A stretch of 39,675 bases of DNA from a virus (lineage: Duplodnaviria > Caudoviricetes): the IMG/VR virus record IMGVR_UViG_3300042371_000261, positions 1-39,675 of that record; one strand, 5' to 3'. The position numbers and the translations under genes are program-made. Below the pieces are notes generated by a model, which was not told where the DNA came from, did no database searches, and worked only from the letters and a program-made list of their open reading frames with translations. Positions 1 to 8,377 of the stretch are shown in pieces; position 1 is the first letter of the stretch; the number at the start of each line of letters is the position of its first letter.

Positions 1-1
1 T

Positions 2-562
2 CTTGCTTTGAAAAACCATTTTAATCTTGACTCTTACGATTACTTCAAGTATAATGGTAAGACAAGGCACGTTAGCAAGGAAACTTACCTCTCAAGGAGA
101 GATAGGTTTCAGTTTGAAAAGTTGGCACGAAACTGCGATAACATGCAGGATCACCTAGTGGCCAACTTACTAAAAGATAAGACATGGGTTGGTGACCTCC
201 TTGATGATGAAGCCTTTGATAACACAAAGGCATATATGAAAACCAATCAATCCATGTCTTATGTATTTCGGAACGAACTGGCGACGATAGGAGATATCAA
301 ACCCGCCTTACGGTTTGATAGTCAATATCCAAACATTATACCGACTCTGATGGCTGGATCTATATCTTATCAGACCTTTGTGATACTCAACTATTTTATC
401 CAGTTCGTTCCGAAGTTTGATGCTAAACTACCAGATGATTTCATTTGGTCTAAGATTAGTTTCAAAGCCAAGAAGTTTGCACCGTTTATTCTTCCACAGA
501 TAGACAAAAAAAAGTTCGCAGACCTCTTGAAATCCCACGTGGAAGATACTATATACACTTGA
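2..562 (+). CDS. gp59: T4 gp59-like helicase loader (5' end truncated by window edge)
   Basis: Motif LKNHF..YDYFKYNGK...RRDRFQFEKLAR; lies directly upstream of gp32 as in T4-like phages. The frame is open from position 2, so the TTG at 8 is probably not the true start. Confidence 0.85.
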   Translation, partial: LALKNHFNLDSYDYFKYNGKTRHVSKETYLSRRDRFQFEKLARNCDNMQDHLVANLLKDKTWVGDLLDDEAFDNTKAYMKTNQSMSYVFRNELATIGDIKPALRFDSQYPNIIPTLMAGSISYQTFVILNYFIQFVPKFDAKLPDDFIWSKISFKAKKFAPFILPQIDKKKFADLLKSHVEDTIYT

Positions 563-587
563 CACAGGGAGATTCCTGTGCTATTAT
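559..587 (+). promoter_or_regulatory. sigma70-type (early) promoter for gp32
   Basis: TTGACA (559-564), 17-bp spacer, TATTAT (582-587); the spacer contains the inverted repeat CACAGG..CCTGTG. Confidence 0.7.
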
Positions 588-629
588 ACTTAACATACAA
601 TGTCATACAAAACATACGGAGAAAATACA

Positions 630-1550
630 ATGTCAAACTTTGCATCCCTCAAGAAGTCTTCGGCCGATATTGGTCGTCTTACCAAGGAAATCGAAAAGAT
701 CAATCAACCTCAAGGCGAAGGCCGTGCGGAAGATGATCGCTATTGGAAGCTCAACCGCGATAAGGCCGGCAACGGCATGGCGGTCTTTCGCTTCCTGCCT
801 GCTCCCGCAGTAGATGGCGATGACGCTCTTCCTTGGATTCGCTATTTCGATCATGGCTTCAAGGGCCCTACCGGTAAGTGGTTTATTGAGAACTCGCTTA
901 CCTCTCTCGGACAAAAAGATCCTGTGTCCGAATTCAACTCTCAACTTTGGAATGCTTCAAGCGATGAAAACTCATGGCAGCGGAAGCAGGCACGTGAGCA
1001 GAAGCGCCGTCTCCACTATGTTGCTAACATCTATGTGGTGAAGGATCCTTCTAATCCTGCTAACGAAGGCAAGGTCTTCTTGTATAAGTTCGGCAAGAAG
1101 ATTTTCGACAAGCTTACCTCTGCTATGAATCCCGAGTATGAAGGCGACAAGCCGCTCAACCCGTTCGACTTCTGGTCTGGTGCTAACTTCAAGCTCCGTT
1201 CTAAGATGGTTGCTGGTTATGTCAACTACGATACTTCATCGTTCGACACTCCTGGTCCTCTGCTTGATGATGACGCACAGCTTGAGAAGATTTGGAAGTC
1301 CGAGCATTCTCTAAAGGAAGTTCTTGATCCGAAGAACTTCAAGTCATATGACGAACTCAAGCGTAAGCTCGAGGACGTTCTTGGCGCAACTCTCGGTTCG
1401 GCTGAACCTTCATCTACGGTTGAACAGACCGCAGTTTCTTCTAAGCCTTCTTTTGAACCTGCGAAGCCGCGCAAGTCTGCGGCTGATGATGTTCCATTTG
1501 ATACTGAGGATGAAGACCTGAACTACTTCAAGGGTCTTGCTGACGAGTAA
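630..1550 (+). CDS. gp32: T4 gp32-like single-stranded DNA-binding protein
   Basis: DDRYWKL..DKAGNG.AVFRFLP, HGFKGPTGKWFIENSL, VFLYKFGKKIFDK and an acidic C-terminal tail. GGAG RBS at 618-621 supports the ATG at 630. Confidence 0.97.
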   Translation: MSNFASLKKSSADIGRLTKEIEKINQPQGEGRAEDDRYWKLNRDKAGNGMAVFRFLPAPAVDGDDALPWIRYFDHGFKGPTGKWFIENSLTSLGQKDPVSEFNSQLWNASSDENSWQRKQAREQKRRLHYVANIYVVKDPSNPANEGKVFLYKFGKKIFDKLTSAMNPEYEGDKPLNPFDFWSGANFKLRSKMVAGYVNYDTSSFDTPGPLLDDDAQLEKIWKSEHSLKEVLDPKNFKSYDELKRKLEDVLGATLGSAEPSSTVEQTAVSSKPSFEPAKPRKSAADDVPFDTEDEDLNYFKGLADE

Positions 1551-1584
1551 TAAATACTGGTGATTCCAGTCGGTCGAATGAATT

Positions 1585-1613
1585 GGGCAGCTTTCGGGCT
1601 GCCCTTTTCTTTT
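1585..1613 (+). terminator. Rho-independent terminator after gp32
   Basis: GGGCAGC-tTTCGg-GCTGCCC stem with a UUCG-type loop followed by TTTTCTTTT; lies between convergent genes. Confidence 0.9.
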
Positions 1614-3864
1614 ATGAGAAGTGCCCATTGACTAAGCTACTACTATTCTCGCTATAAAGCTTTGCTCTATTCAATGCTCTTAGTTGTGATGGTGATGATG
1701 CCATTGAACCAGAAGACATTGTTTCTAAGAAGTTTGGATCAGGTGTACTTACTGGCATTGGCTGTTCTGGTCTTCTTTGTGCAGGTTGATTTGGTGTTTC
1801 AACTCTCTGCGGTTCAGCAGAGGCTATTTCAACCTTTTGATCTTCTCGTCTTATAGTTGACGGATCAACTCTGAGATTGCCCTGATCATCTTGAGTATAA
1901 AGTTCCCTATCATTACCTACAAACTTCAACGCGCCGGTTTTCATATCAACACCTGCTATACCTTCTCCTGGTACCGCTGGTGGCATTTCCACAGTACCGC
2001 CAGTTGATAGTGCGGGTACAGTTGCAGTTGGAATTTCTACTGCCGGCAATTCTGTAGGAGGCACAGACGGTTGCATATTGTTCTGTGCTGCTGCAACAGG
2101 ATCAGCTTGTGCTATAGCTTCTGCTTCTGCTCTTATCTTATCATCTCGTCTTTGTACATAACCTTGGTCTTCAAGTTCTTTTAGTTTCTGAGCATGAAGT
2201 TCTGGTGACATTGTTTCGAAATGCATTGGATCGCCAAATTTGGCTCCCCATGAGAATCCATGATAGTTGGCTAATTTCTCAATGTCGGGTGGCATATCAA
2301 TCGTACCATTACCGCCTTCCATTGTTCCCCAATTTGTTCCAGCGTTAATATCAAAAGTTGTGCCGGTTGAGTGTGTGCTTAATCCACTACCTGCTCCGCC
2401 ATTTTTACCTCTAAATGAATATCCTGCTGTATCTGCTGATCTAACAGGATATCCTCTAGCTTCCAAACCATTTAAAAATGCTCTGGTATTTTCTGCTACA
2501 TCTTTGTGAACTTTAACTTTAACACCGCCATTAGTTTCAATTTCGACCAGATTTTTTTCAACTGAACTCGGTGTTATTCTTCCAGTCTCATCGGCCAAAT
2601 TAAATCTCTGTATTCCCTCTTGAGAAAGAGAATAATTGAATTCGCCAGGTGCTGATGCGCCTGGATCATCCACATTAGGATCATATCTTCTCAAATTAGG
2701 TGTAATATTACCAAGCTTATCAGTCAATACATATTCACTTGAAGAACCAACAACACTAACTGCCTGTAGTGTAGCATTATTAACTGGTTGATTCTTCATT
2801 ACTTCATTGAAACGTTCCACACCTAATCTTTCTAATGCAGTTTCAAATCTCTTTTTCTGAACTTCTCCAGCATTTTCATACCACTTCTTCATTCTTTCAT
2901 CAAGTTGATCAATCATACCTGGATCAAACTTGGTTATAACAGTTTCAAGATTGTTTATCTCATCTCCAGCACTTTCAATATTTTCAACGTATTGTGCTGT
3001 AATATTATCTACCTCATTATAGTAGCGATTTCTAAACTCATGATGATGAGCATATCTTGGATCATCATAACGCCATCTAATATATCCTTTACCTAAAAGC
3101 TCACCCGCTCTTTGAGGATCAATATCAGGATTGCTTAGAAATTCTTGAGTTTTCTTGGTATTCTCAGAAGTTTGCATTTCATTCATGTAGAATCTGGCCA
3201 TTGCGTTCATAGTCTCTTGATCGCGGATCAGCTCTCCATTAACATCAAATCTGCCTTCAGTCTTAAGAGCTTCTTTTAGCTGTGTAAGTCTAGGACCCTG
3301 CATAGAAAGCATACCAAGATTTGTCGCATTATTGTATGGATCGCTATGTGTTCCAAACATAAACTTTTCTTGATAACCATTTTCTCTACCAACTTCAGCA
3401 GTTAGAGCTAGTGATTGTTTGTGACTAAAACCAGCTGCGGTAAATGCGTCATATGTCATCTTCATTCGCTGTTGTCTACCAGGTTCTAATCCTTCAGTTC
3501 CTGGTTTAGCAGCATCTTCGCCTAAAACATTAGCTTCATGAAGAAGATTTTGAATTGCTGTTTCTTCTGCTGAAGGACTTTTAATAGGCTTTGATGTGTT
3601 TGGCGTATACGTATTACCGCCACTGCTACCGCCACTTAGATTAGTACCACCAGATAAAGCGCCGCCTAATGAACTAACAGCTTTACCAACATCTGGTAGC
3701 TGATCACGATAATATCTAGGAAATAAATTGACTAATTGACCAGGAGTTAATGATGATATCAGATCGCTAACAGCACCGCTTTGAGCAAGTGATGTTCGAT
3801 CCGATGGTACCATACGGAGCATTTTCTTATAGTCTATGGTCATATTCTCTAGATTAAATGCCAT
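1612..3864 (-). CDS. Virion-associated protein (hub/tape-measure position) with a tail-lysozyme-like domain and an M15-type Zn peptidase domain
   Basis: AFTAAGFS..QSLALTAEVGRENG...GMLSMQGPRL resembles a phage tail lysozyme (about 3000-3470). YSFR...LSTHSTGTTFDIN...HGFSWG...DPMHFE has the M15 SxHxxGxAxD and HFE pattern (about 2210-2540). Lies immediately after gp26/gp51. Confidence 0.7.
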   Translation of the reverse strand: MAFNLENMTIDYKKMLRMVPSDRTSLAQSGAVSDLISSLTPGQLVNLFPRYYRDQLPDVGKAVSSLGGALSGGTNLSGGSSGGNTYTPNTSKPIKSPSAEETAIQNLLHEANVLGEDAAKPGTEGLEPGRQQRMKMTYDAFTAAGFSHKQSLALTAEVGRENGYQEKFMFGTHSDPYNNATNLGMLSMQGPRLTQLKEALKTEGRFDVNGELIRDQETMNAMARFYMNEMQTSENTKKTQEFLSNPDIDPQRAGELLGKGYIRWRYDDPRYAHHHEFRNRYYNEVDNITAQYVENIESAGDEINNLETVITKFDPGMIDQLDERMKKWYENAGEVQKKRFETALERLGVERFNEVMKNQPVNNATLQAVSVVGSSSEYVLTDKLGNITPNLRRYDPNVDDPGASAPGEFNYSLSQEGIQRFNLADETGRITPSSVEKNLVEIETNGGVKVKVHKDVAENTRAFLNGLEARGYPVRSADTAGYSFRGKNGGAGSGLSTHSTGTTFDINAGTNWGTMEGGNGTIDMPPDIEKLANYHGFSWGAKFGDPMHFETMSPELHAQKLKELEDQGYVQRRDDKIRAEAEAIAQADPVAAAQNNMQPSVPPTELPAVEIPTATVPALSTGGTVEMPPAVPGEGIAGVDMKTGALKFVGNDRELYTQDDQGNLRVDPSTIRREDQKVEIASAEPQRVETPNQPAQRRPEQPMPVSTPDPNFLETMSSGSMASSPSQLRALNRAKLYSENSSSLVNGHFS

Positions 3865-4062
3865 TTATCTTCTCTTTTTAAATGTTGCTGCTTGGTCACG
3901 ATTTTTCTGCTCTTGTTCTTTTATGTGTTCTTTGAGCAAATCAACGTAAATAAATCTTTCCCAAGGAATCATTCCGTCTAATTCGGTTAGACTATACTTA
4001 TGGAACTGCATGAGTGCGAAGTTAGTCTTGTAATGATTCATTAGTTTGTCATGGCCAAGCAT
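3865..4062 (-). CDS. gp51: gp51-like baseplate hub assembly catalyst (possibly also made as a frameshift fusion to gp26)
   Basis: NHYKTNFALMQFHKYSLTELDGMIPWERFIYVDLL is typical of short gp51 proteins in T4-like phages. Confidence 0.85.
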   Translation of the reverse strand: MLGHDKLMNHYKTNFALMQFHKYSLTELDGMIPWERFIYVDLLKEHIKEQEQKNRDQAATFKKRR

Positions 4063-4787
4063 TATTGAAAAAAACGGGTAAAGTCCGTGTATTTAATCTC
4101 ATGCTTGAATCCACACTTAGGACATACACCACTCGTTTCAATAGCAAAAGATGGTAGGTTATCTACAAAATTCTCTAGCTTAACGTACTGCTCACTGGTA
4201 AGACCTTCAATGAATTCTACCAGTTCTTCCTTTGAATAGTCTTTACTAGAATATGTCTTATCACCAGATGTAATTCGATCAATACAGCTGGAAATAACTC
4301 TGATTTTCTTTTGAAAATTGCTCTCATTGCCTGTAATCATCTTCATAATAGAATAAGATGGGTATTTCATTTTGATAGCAATTTTGCTTGATAGAGTAAT
4401 ATCCATGGTAATATCATCTTTCTTTTCGATGATACAATTGGATATATCAATAACAGCCTCAAATACACCACCGCATTTATTACCATCTACCAGATTATTA
4501 CAGACATAGGAAGTCTCAATCTTTTCTCCGATTGACTTGGCTCTCAAAGCAATAAACAGGTAGTCCACATCAAAGAATGGCATCTTTTCTAGGTCAAGAT
4601 CACCAGAAACAATACAGTTATTGATCACTTGCTTGGTGGTTTTGATGATATTCTCATTGTCTTTTGATTCGATTGCCATAAGTAAAAGCTTTTCTTCTTT
4701 TACCACAAATGGCCGAATCTTAATAGTCTTACCTGTCGATGGCAAGGTTATATCATAAATCGGCACATCAATTTTAGGTATAGTCAT
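4062..4787 (-). CDS. gp26: gp26-like baseplate hub assembly protein / chaperone
   Basis: LPSTGKTIKIRPFVVKEEKLLLMA, FDVDYLFIALRAKSIGE and a C-terminal CPKCG; ends in FF. Confidence 0.9.
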   Translation of the reverse strand: MTIPKIDVPIYDITLPSTGKTIKIRPFVVKEEKLLLMAIESKDNENIIKTTKQVINNCIVSGDLDLEKMPFFDVDYLFIALRAKSIGEKIETSYVCNNLVDGNKCGGVFEAVIDISNCIIEKKDDITMDITLSSKIAIKMKYPSYSIMKMITGNESNFQKKIRVISSCIDRITSGDKTYSSKDYSKEELVEFIEGLTSEQYVKLENFVDNLPSFAIETSGVCPKCGFKHEIKYTDFTRFFQ

Positions 4788-4818
4788 ATATTTTCATCCT
4801 CTATAATTAATATTATTG

Positions 4819-5523
4819 TCAGCCGGTTGGTAGATCGCCGCCAGGTATGTCGATTTCTAATGGACCTCCACCAGGACCACCAGTGCGTGTACCCGCGGCC
4901 AATGTGAAGGTGCCTGATTGAGGATCTCTATTCTTTCGAGTCCACTTGTTATATGAGAAGGAAATAGATAGACGTTGGAAATTGTCATCTGCCCATGTGA
5001 CTGGCTGTGGATTAACAAGAATAGGCCAAGCATCGTGGAGTGTCCAAGCATAAGTGGCTATAGGTTCGGTTTGATTGGCATTTTGAGCCTGTTCGCTGAA
5101 TTGGAACATATTAATCTGGCACTTATAATTATCTTTATAAGAGAAATCAAATGTATTGGTTGGATTAATTATTTCCATCCAGTCATCAAAGAATTGTCTT
5201 TCATATGAATCCGTACGGCATAGAAATGTCATGGCTGTTTCTTGATAGTCGGACTGATATGGAACCTTAAAGTTTGATCCATAATATCTCATATCCATAT
5301 TCATAAAGCCACGACCAGGGAATTCAGCAGCTTCACACAGATACGTGAACTGCCTCATTAATTCACTATAACCAAGCTTTGTTAGAAATGAATCAACACC
5401 ACTTGGCACAATCTGTACGGCAAATCGACTTGATTTAACCAGTCCATTAAATGCTGAGGAATAAGCAAAGAAATCCTGCATTCTAAGATATGTTGGCTGA
5501 TTGTCTATTTGATAACTAGGCAT
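4819..5523 (-). CDS. Tail-tube-fold protein (gp54/gp19-like tube initiator)
   Basis: LCEAAEFPGR, ERQFFDDWMEII, WTLHDAWPI.V....W and F.Y..W motifs of the gp19/gp54 tube fold; located next to gp26 and gp2. Confidence 0.75.
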   Translation of the reverse strand: MPSYQIDNQPTYLRMQDFFAYSSAFNGLVKSSRFAVQIVPSGVDSFLTKLGYSELMRQFTYLCEAAEFPGRGFMNMDMRYYGSNFKVPYQSDYQETAMTFLCRTDSYERQFFDDWMEIINPTNTFDFSYKDNYKCQINMFQFSEQAQNANQTEPIATYAWTLHDAWPILVNPQPVTWADDNFQRLSISFSYNKWTRKNRDPQSGTFTLAAGTRTGGPGGGPLEIDIPGGDLPTG

Positions 5524-5528
5524 TTATT

Positions 5529-6032
5529 TTATCCTTGTGAAACCCATACTGCGACAGGTAATTGCATGGCCTTATCCCATTCATCGGCTGTAACTTCGAC
5601 AAATGAGGATCTGACCTGTGTGAATAGGTATCTTTTAATACATGGGCGCATAGCACCAGCTATTCTACTGGTGCTATTTAATAGATCGTATGTGACGCGA
5701 AGCTTGGTGGTCGCATTCATATTATTATTATTTCGGAATTTCATTAAACTATTTAATAGGGCGCTGCGCTCATTGAATGATAGGTAATGCATATTAAGAC
5801 CTAGAAAGCCATCTGGATAACGCTCAATGGGAAATACCAGTGGGAATCGATCATACATAGGAAGGGTATCTTTGTGCTTTGGATCGTACCAGAAGAAGTA
5901 CATTTTACCTATTACGGTACTATCTCTATTCCGGTCATTATTGGACATGATCTTATTACGGTAGCCAGAGGCGCTTTTAGCCTTGCCCGTCATCCAATTG
6001 CCTATTTCTTGATTTGTGTAATTCTTTGCCAT
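5529..6032 (-). CDS. gp2: gp2-like DNA end protector protein
   Basis: IGKMYFFWYDPKHKDTLPMYDRFPLVFP..FLGLNMHYL..R, and CIKRYL. Confidence 0.92.
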   Translation of the reverse strand: MAKNYTNQEIGNWMTGKAKSASGYRNKIMSNNDRNRDSTVIGKMYFFWYDPKHKDTLPMYDRFPLVFPIERYPDGFLGLNMHYLSFNERSALLNSLMKFRNNNNMNATTKLRVTYDLLNSTSRIAGAMRPCIKRYLFTQVRSSFVEVTADEWDKAMQLPVAVWVSQG

Positions 6033-6037
6033 AATTG

Positions 6038-6045
6038 TATTTATT
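6038..6045 (-). promoter_or_regulatory. T4 late-type promoter for gp2
   Basis: AATAAATA on the minus strand just upstream of the gp2 ATG; T4 late consensus is TATAAATA. Confidence 0.55.
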
Positions 6046-6049
6046 TCAC

Positions 6050-6078
6050 TTGACAGCCACTTGACATGACTATATAAT
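6050..6078 (+). promoter_or_regulatory. Perfect-consensus sigma70 promoter, antisense to gp4
   Basis: TTGACA (6050-6055), 17 bp, TATAAT (6073-6078); CACTTGACA occurs twice in tandem. Confidence 0.75.
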
Positions 6079-6105
6079 GGCTATGTGCTGTAGCAATGAA
6101 TAATA

Positions 6106-6546
6106 CTATTTAATACCTAATTCTTTCTCTGTGATAAGCTTAAACTGCCATCCTCTATCTAGACAGTATTCTTCAGCAGCTTTCCACTTAGCTTGATTCT
6201 TACCCCATGTAGTTACCTCAGTAATATACTGTTTGGTAATACGCTTCTTTTTCTTGGGTTCAGTTGTTTCTTTCTTGGGCTTTACTTCCAATAGTTGTTC
6301 TACAATATTACCATTCTTATCTATAGCCTTTATGTAGAAGTCGGGGAAATACCTATGGTACCTGTTATCTAATGGCGATATATATGGTATTGCTATTTCC
6401 TCAGATGACCACTGAATAATCGATTTATTCTCATCCAGATAGACCATAAGCTTTCGTTCCCATAACGAACGGTATATGATTCCCGTTGGGTCACCTTTAT
6501 ATTTTTCCGGGTGCTTTGGGCTGTACCTGCCCTTATAAGTTTTCAT
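6106..6546 (-). CDS. gp4: gp4-like head completion nuclease (TnsA-like PD-(D/E)xK)
   Basis: YKGRYSPKHPEKYKGDP..IIYRSLWE, WSSEE..IPY, YFPDF, EVKP and NQAKW motifs. Start taken at MKTYKG (6546). Confidence 0.93.
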   Translation of the reverse strand: MKTYKGRYSPKHPEKYKGDPTGIIYRSLWERKLMVYLDENKSIIQWSSEEIAIPYISPLDNRYHRYFPDFYIKAIDKNGNIVEQLLEVKPKKETTEPKKKKRITKQYITEVTTWGKNQAKWKAAEEYCLDRGWQFKLITEKELGIK

Positions 6547-6553
6547 ATAAATA
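6546..6553 (+). promoter_or_regulatory. T4 late promoter for gp48/baseplate operon
   Basis: Exact TATAAATA about 28 nt upstream of the gp48 ATG. Confidence 0.75.
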
Positions 6554-6581
6554 TATAGAAAACAATTCCAAGGGCAATTCA

Positions 6582-7616
6582 ATGACGGTATGGGAAGAAT
6601 TATACGGCATCGGGCAAAATATGTACCGCGCTGGCGAGAATGTTCTATCAGTTATTAACGAAGTAGATATAAAATCACGCGATGCTTTAGATTATAATAT
6701 TGATGATAGTACTCTAGGTCAGTCGGAATATGATTTTAGGTACCGCGTATTTCCTGCTGACTTGGCCAATGATTATATTGGCCATTATATGATAATTAAT
6801 ATTAATGTTCCTGTATTTGCCCGCGATGGTTCGGCTAGAACATCATATGGTGGATCTGGTTTTGGTCAGAATATATTAGAAAAAGAATATTCAAAGGTAG
6901 ACACATTACGTTTTGGCAATGCTGAGAATGTAGGCGGTACCAGCCCAGTTACAGGCGGTGATGCTTTAAGATCAGAACCATTGGCTATTCCTCGATATAC
7001 TCGCCGCATTAAAGAATCCATTGCCATGTTTATGCCTAATCCTGTAGTATTTAATACTATCAATGAATTTCAAGAAATAAGCTTGACTGGTATGGCTAGC
7101 GGATTGGCCACAGGTGCGGCGGCTCTTCTAGCTGGTACTGTATTTGGTGAGACAGGTGCTAGTATAGCGAATGGCAGTGGTGAATTTCTTGGTAAAGTCT
7201 CAAGACTTGCTGGTTATCCAATTAATCCGCGAGTTGAGGTAATGTTCTCTAAAACAAATCTCCGCCAGTTTGTATTTGAATTTTTAATGGCACCAAGAAA
7301 TGAGCAAGAGTCCGAGAATATGAAAGCTATTATTCGTACACTCCGATTCCACTCAGCACCAGAATTAGACTCGACTACAGCGGGCTTCACGTGGATTCCA
7401 CCTGCTGAATTCGATGTTACCTTCTATAATAAAGGTGTAGAAAATACAAATATTCCAAGAGTAAATACATGTGTTCTAGATCGTATTGAGGTAGACTATG
7501 CGCCACAGGGTGTATATTCAACCTTCTCTAATGGCCATCCAGTAGCAGCCAGACTTAGCTTAGGTATGAGAGAAATTGAAGTTGTCCACAAGCGCCGCGT
7601 TCTCCAAGGATTCTAA
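6582..7616 (+). CDS. gp48: gp48-like baseplate tail-tube cap
   Basis: INPRVEVMF....RQF.FEF.MAPRN..ES..MK.II and CVL..IEVDYAPQG motifs; precedes gp53. Confidence 0.85.
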   Translation: MTVWEELYGIGQNMYRAGENVLSVINEVDIKSRDALDYNIDDSTLGQSEYDFRYRVFPADLANDYIGHYMIININVPVFARDGSARTSYGGSGFGQNILEKEYSKVDTLRFGNAENVGGTSPVTGGDALRSEPLAIPRYTRRIKESIAMFMPNPVVFNTINEFQEISLTGMASGLATGAAALLAGTVFGETGASIANGSGEFLGKVSRLAGYPINPRVEVMFSKTNLRQFVFEFLMAPRNEQESENMKAIIRTLRFHSAPELDSTTAGFTWIPPAEFDVTFYNKGVENTNIPRVNTCVLDRIEVDYAPQGVYSTFSNGHPVAARLSLGMREIEVVHKRRVLQGF

Positions 7617-7618
7617 GA

Positions 7619-8374
7619 ATGAGTACTTATTTTGATAAATTCCCATCAATTCGCTACCAAATATCAGGTGTTAAATATTCGAGCTTTCAGACTATTCGAA
7701 ATCTTTTATTCCGCACCTCTATTATTCGTGAAGCTTTAAGCAATTCCTCATCATATATTCGCTATATTATTCGTGATGGTGATACACCAGAAATATTAGC
7801 TTCCAAGATATATGGTGATCCACAGGCTCACTGGATGATATTATATGCCAATGATATGTTAGATGCTCAATATGACTGGCCACTGACCTCTGTTGTTTTT
7901 CCTAAGTATATTGCGGATAAATATCGTAGCATGGCCGAAGCTGATCGCGGTGAAACATTAGAAGATTATGAGGTAGTCGCATGGACACAGGATACCACCA
8001 ATGAACCCTCATATCACCACTATGAGAAAGTGGTAAAGCTAGAAAATCAAGCAGCACAGGTAACTACGGAAACACGATTTATAATCAATAAATCACTATT
8101 GACCGATGATGAGCTAGTAGGTGTGCCACATGATTATTATGATGATTTGGCCGATGTTCAGGATGTAACACCAGTTAATTTAACAATAGATGGCCAGACA
8201 GTAATTCAGACAGTATATCGTAATAAGGTTACCTATTATGATTATGAGGATGAATTAAACGAGGCCAAGCGCACCATTCGAATAATAAAGAAAGAGTATT
8301 ACACACAAATGAATACAGAATTTGGTATTCTTACCAATAGAAATACGCCATCATTTTTGAGACGAGTATCATAA
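7619..8374 (+). CDS. gp53: gp53-like baseplate wedge subunit (LysM-like)
   Basis: YFDKFPSIRY, YIIRDGDTPEILASKIYGD..HWMIL.AN...DWP and YEDELNEAKRTI. Confidence 0.9.
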   Translation: MSTYFDKFPSIRYQISGVKYSSFQTIRNLLFRTSIIREALSNSSSYIRYIIRDGDTPEILASKIYGDPQAHWMILYANDMLDAQYDWPLTSVVFPKYIADKYRSMAEADRGETLEDYEVVAWTQDTTNEPSYHHYEKVVKLENQAAQVTTETRFIINKSLLTDDELVGVPHDYYDDLADVQDVTPVNLTIDGQTVIQTVYRNKVTYYDYEDELNEAKRTIRIIKKEYYTQMNTEFGILTNRNTPSFLRRVS

Positions 8375-8377
8375 AGC

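Noticed and set aside
6106-6546. TnsA-like nuclease as evidence of a transposon
   Set aside because: Sequence and position match T4 gp4; no other transposition genes or ends are present.
6486-6582. Extended ORF-track starts for gp48 (6486) and gp4 (6582), and likewise gp32 (600)
   Set aside because: The gp48 and gp4 extensions overlap each other and the late promoter, and the gp32 extension runs over its RBS; the downstream ATGs fit the conserved N-termini better.
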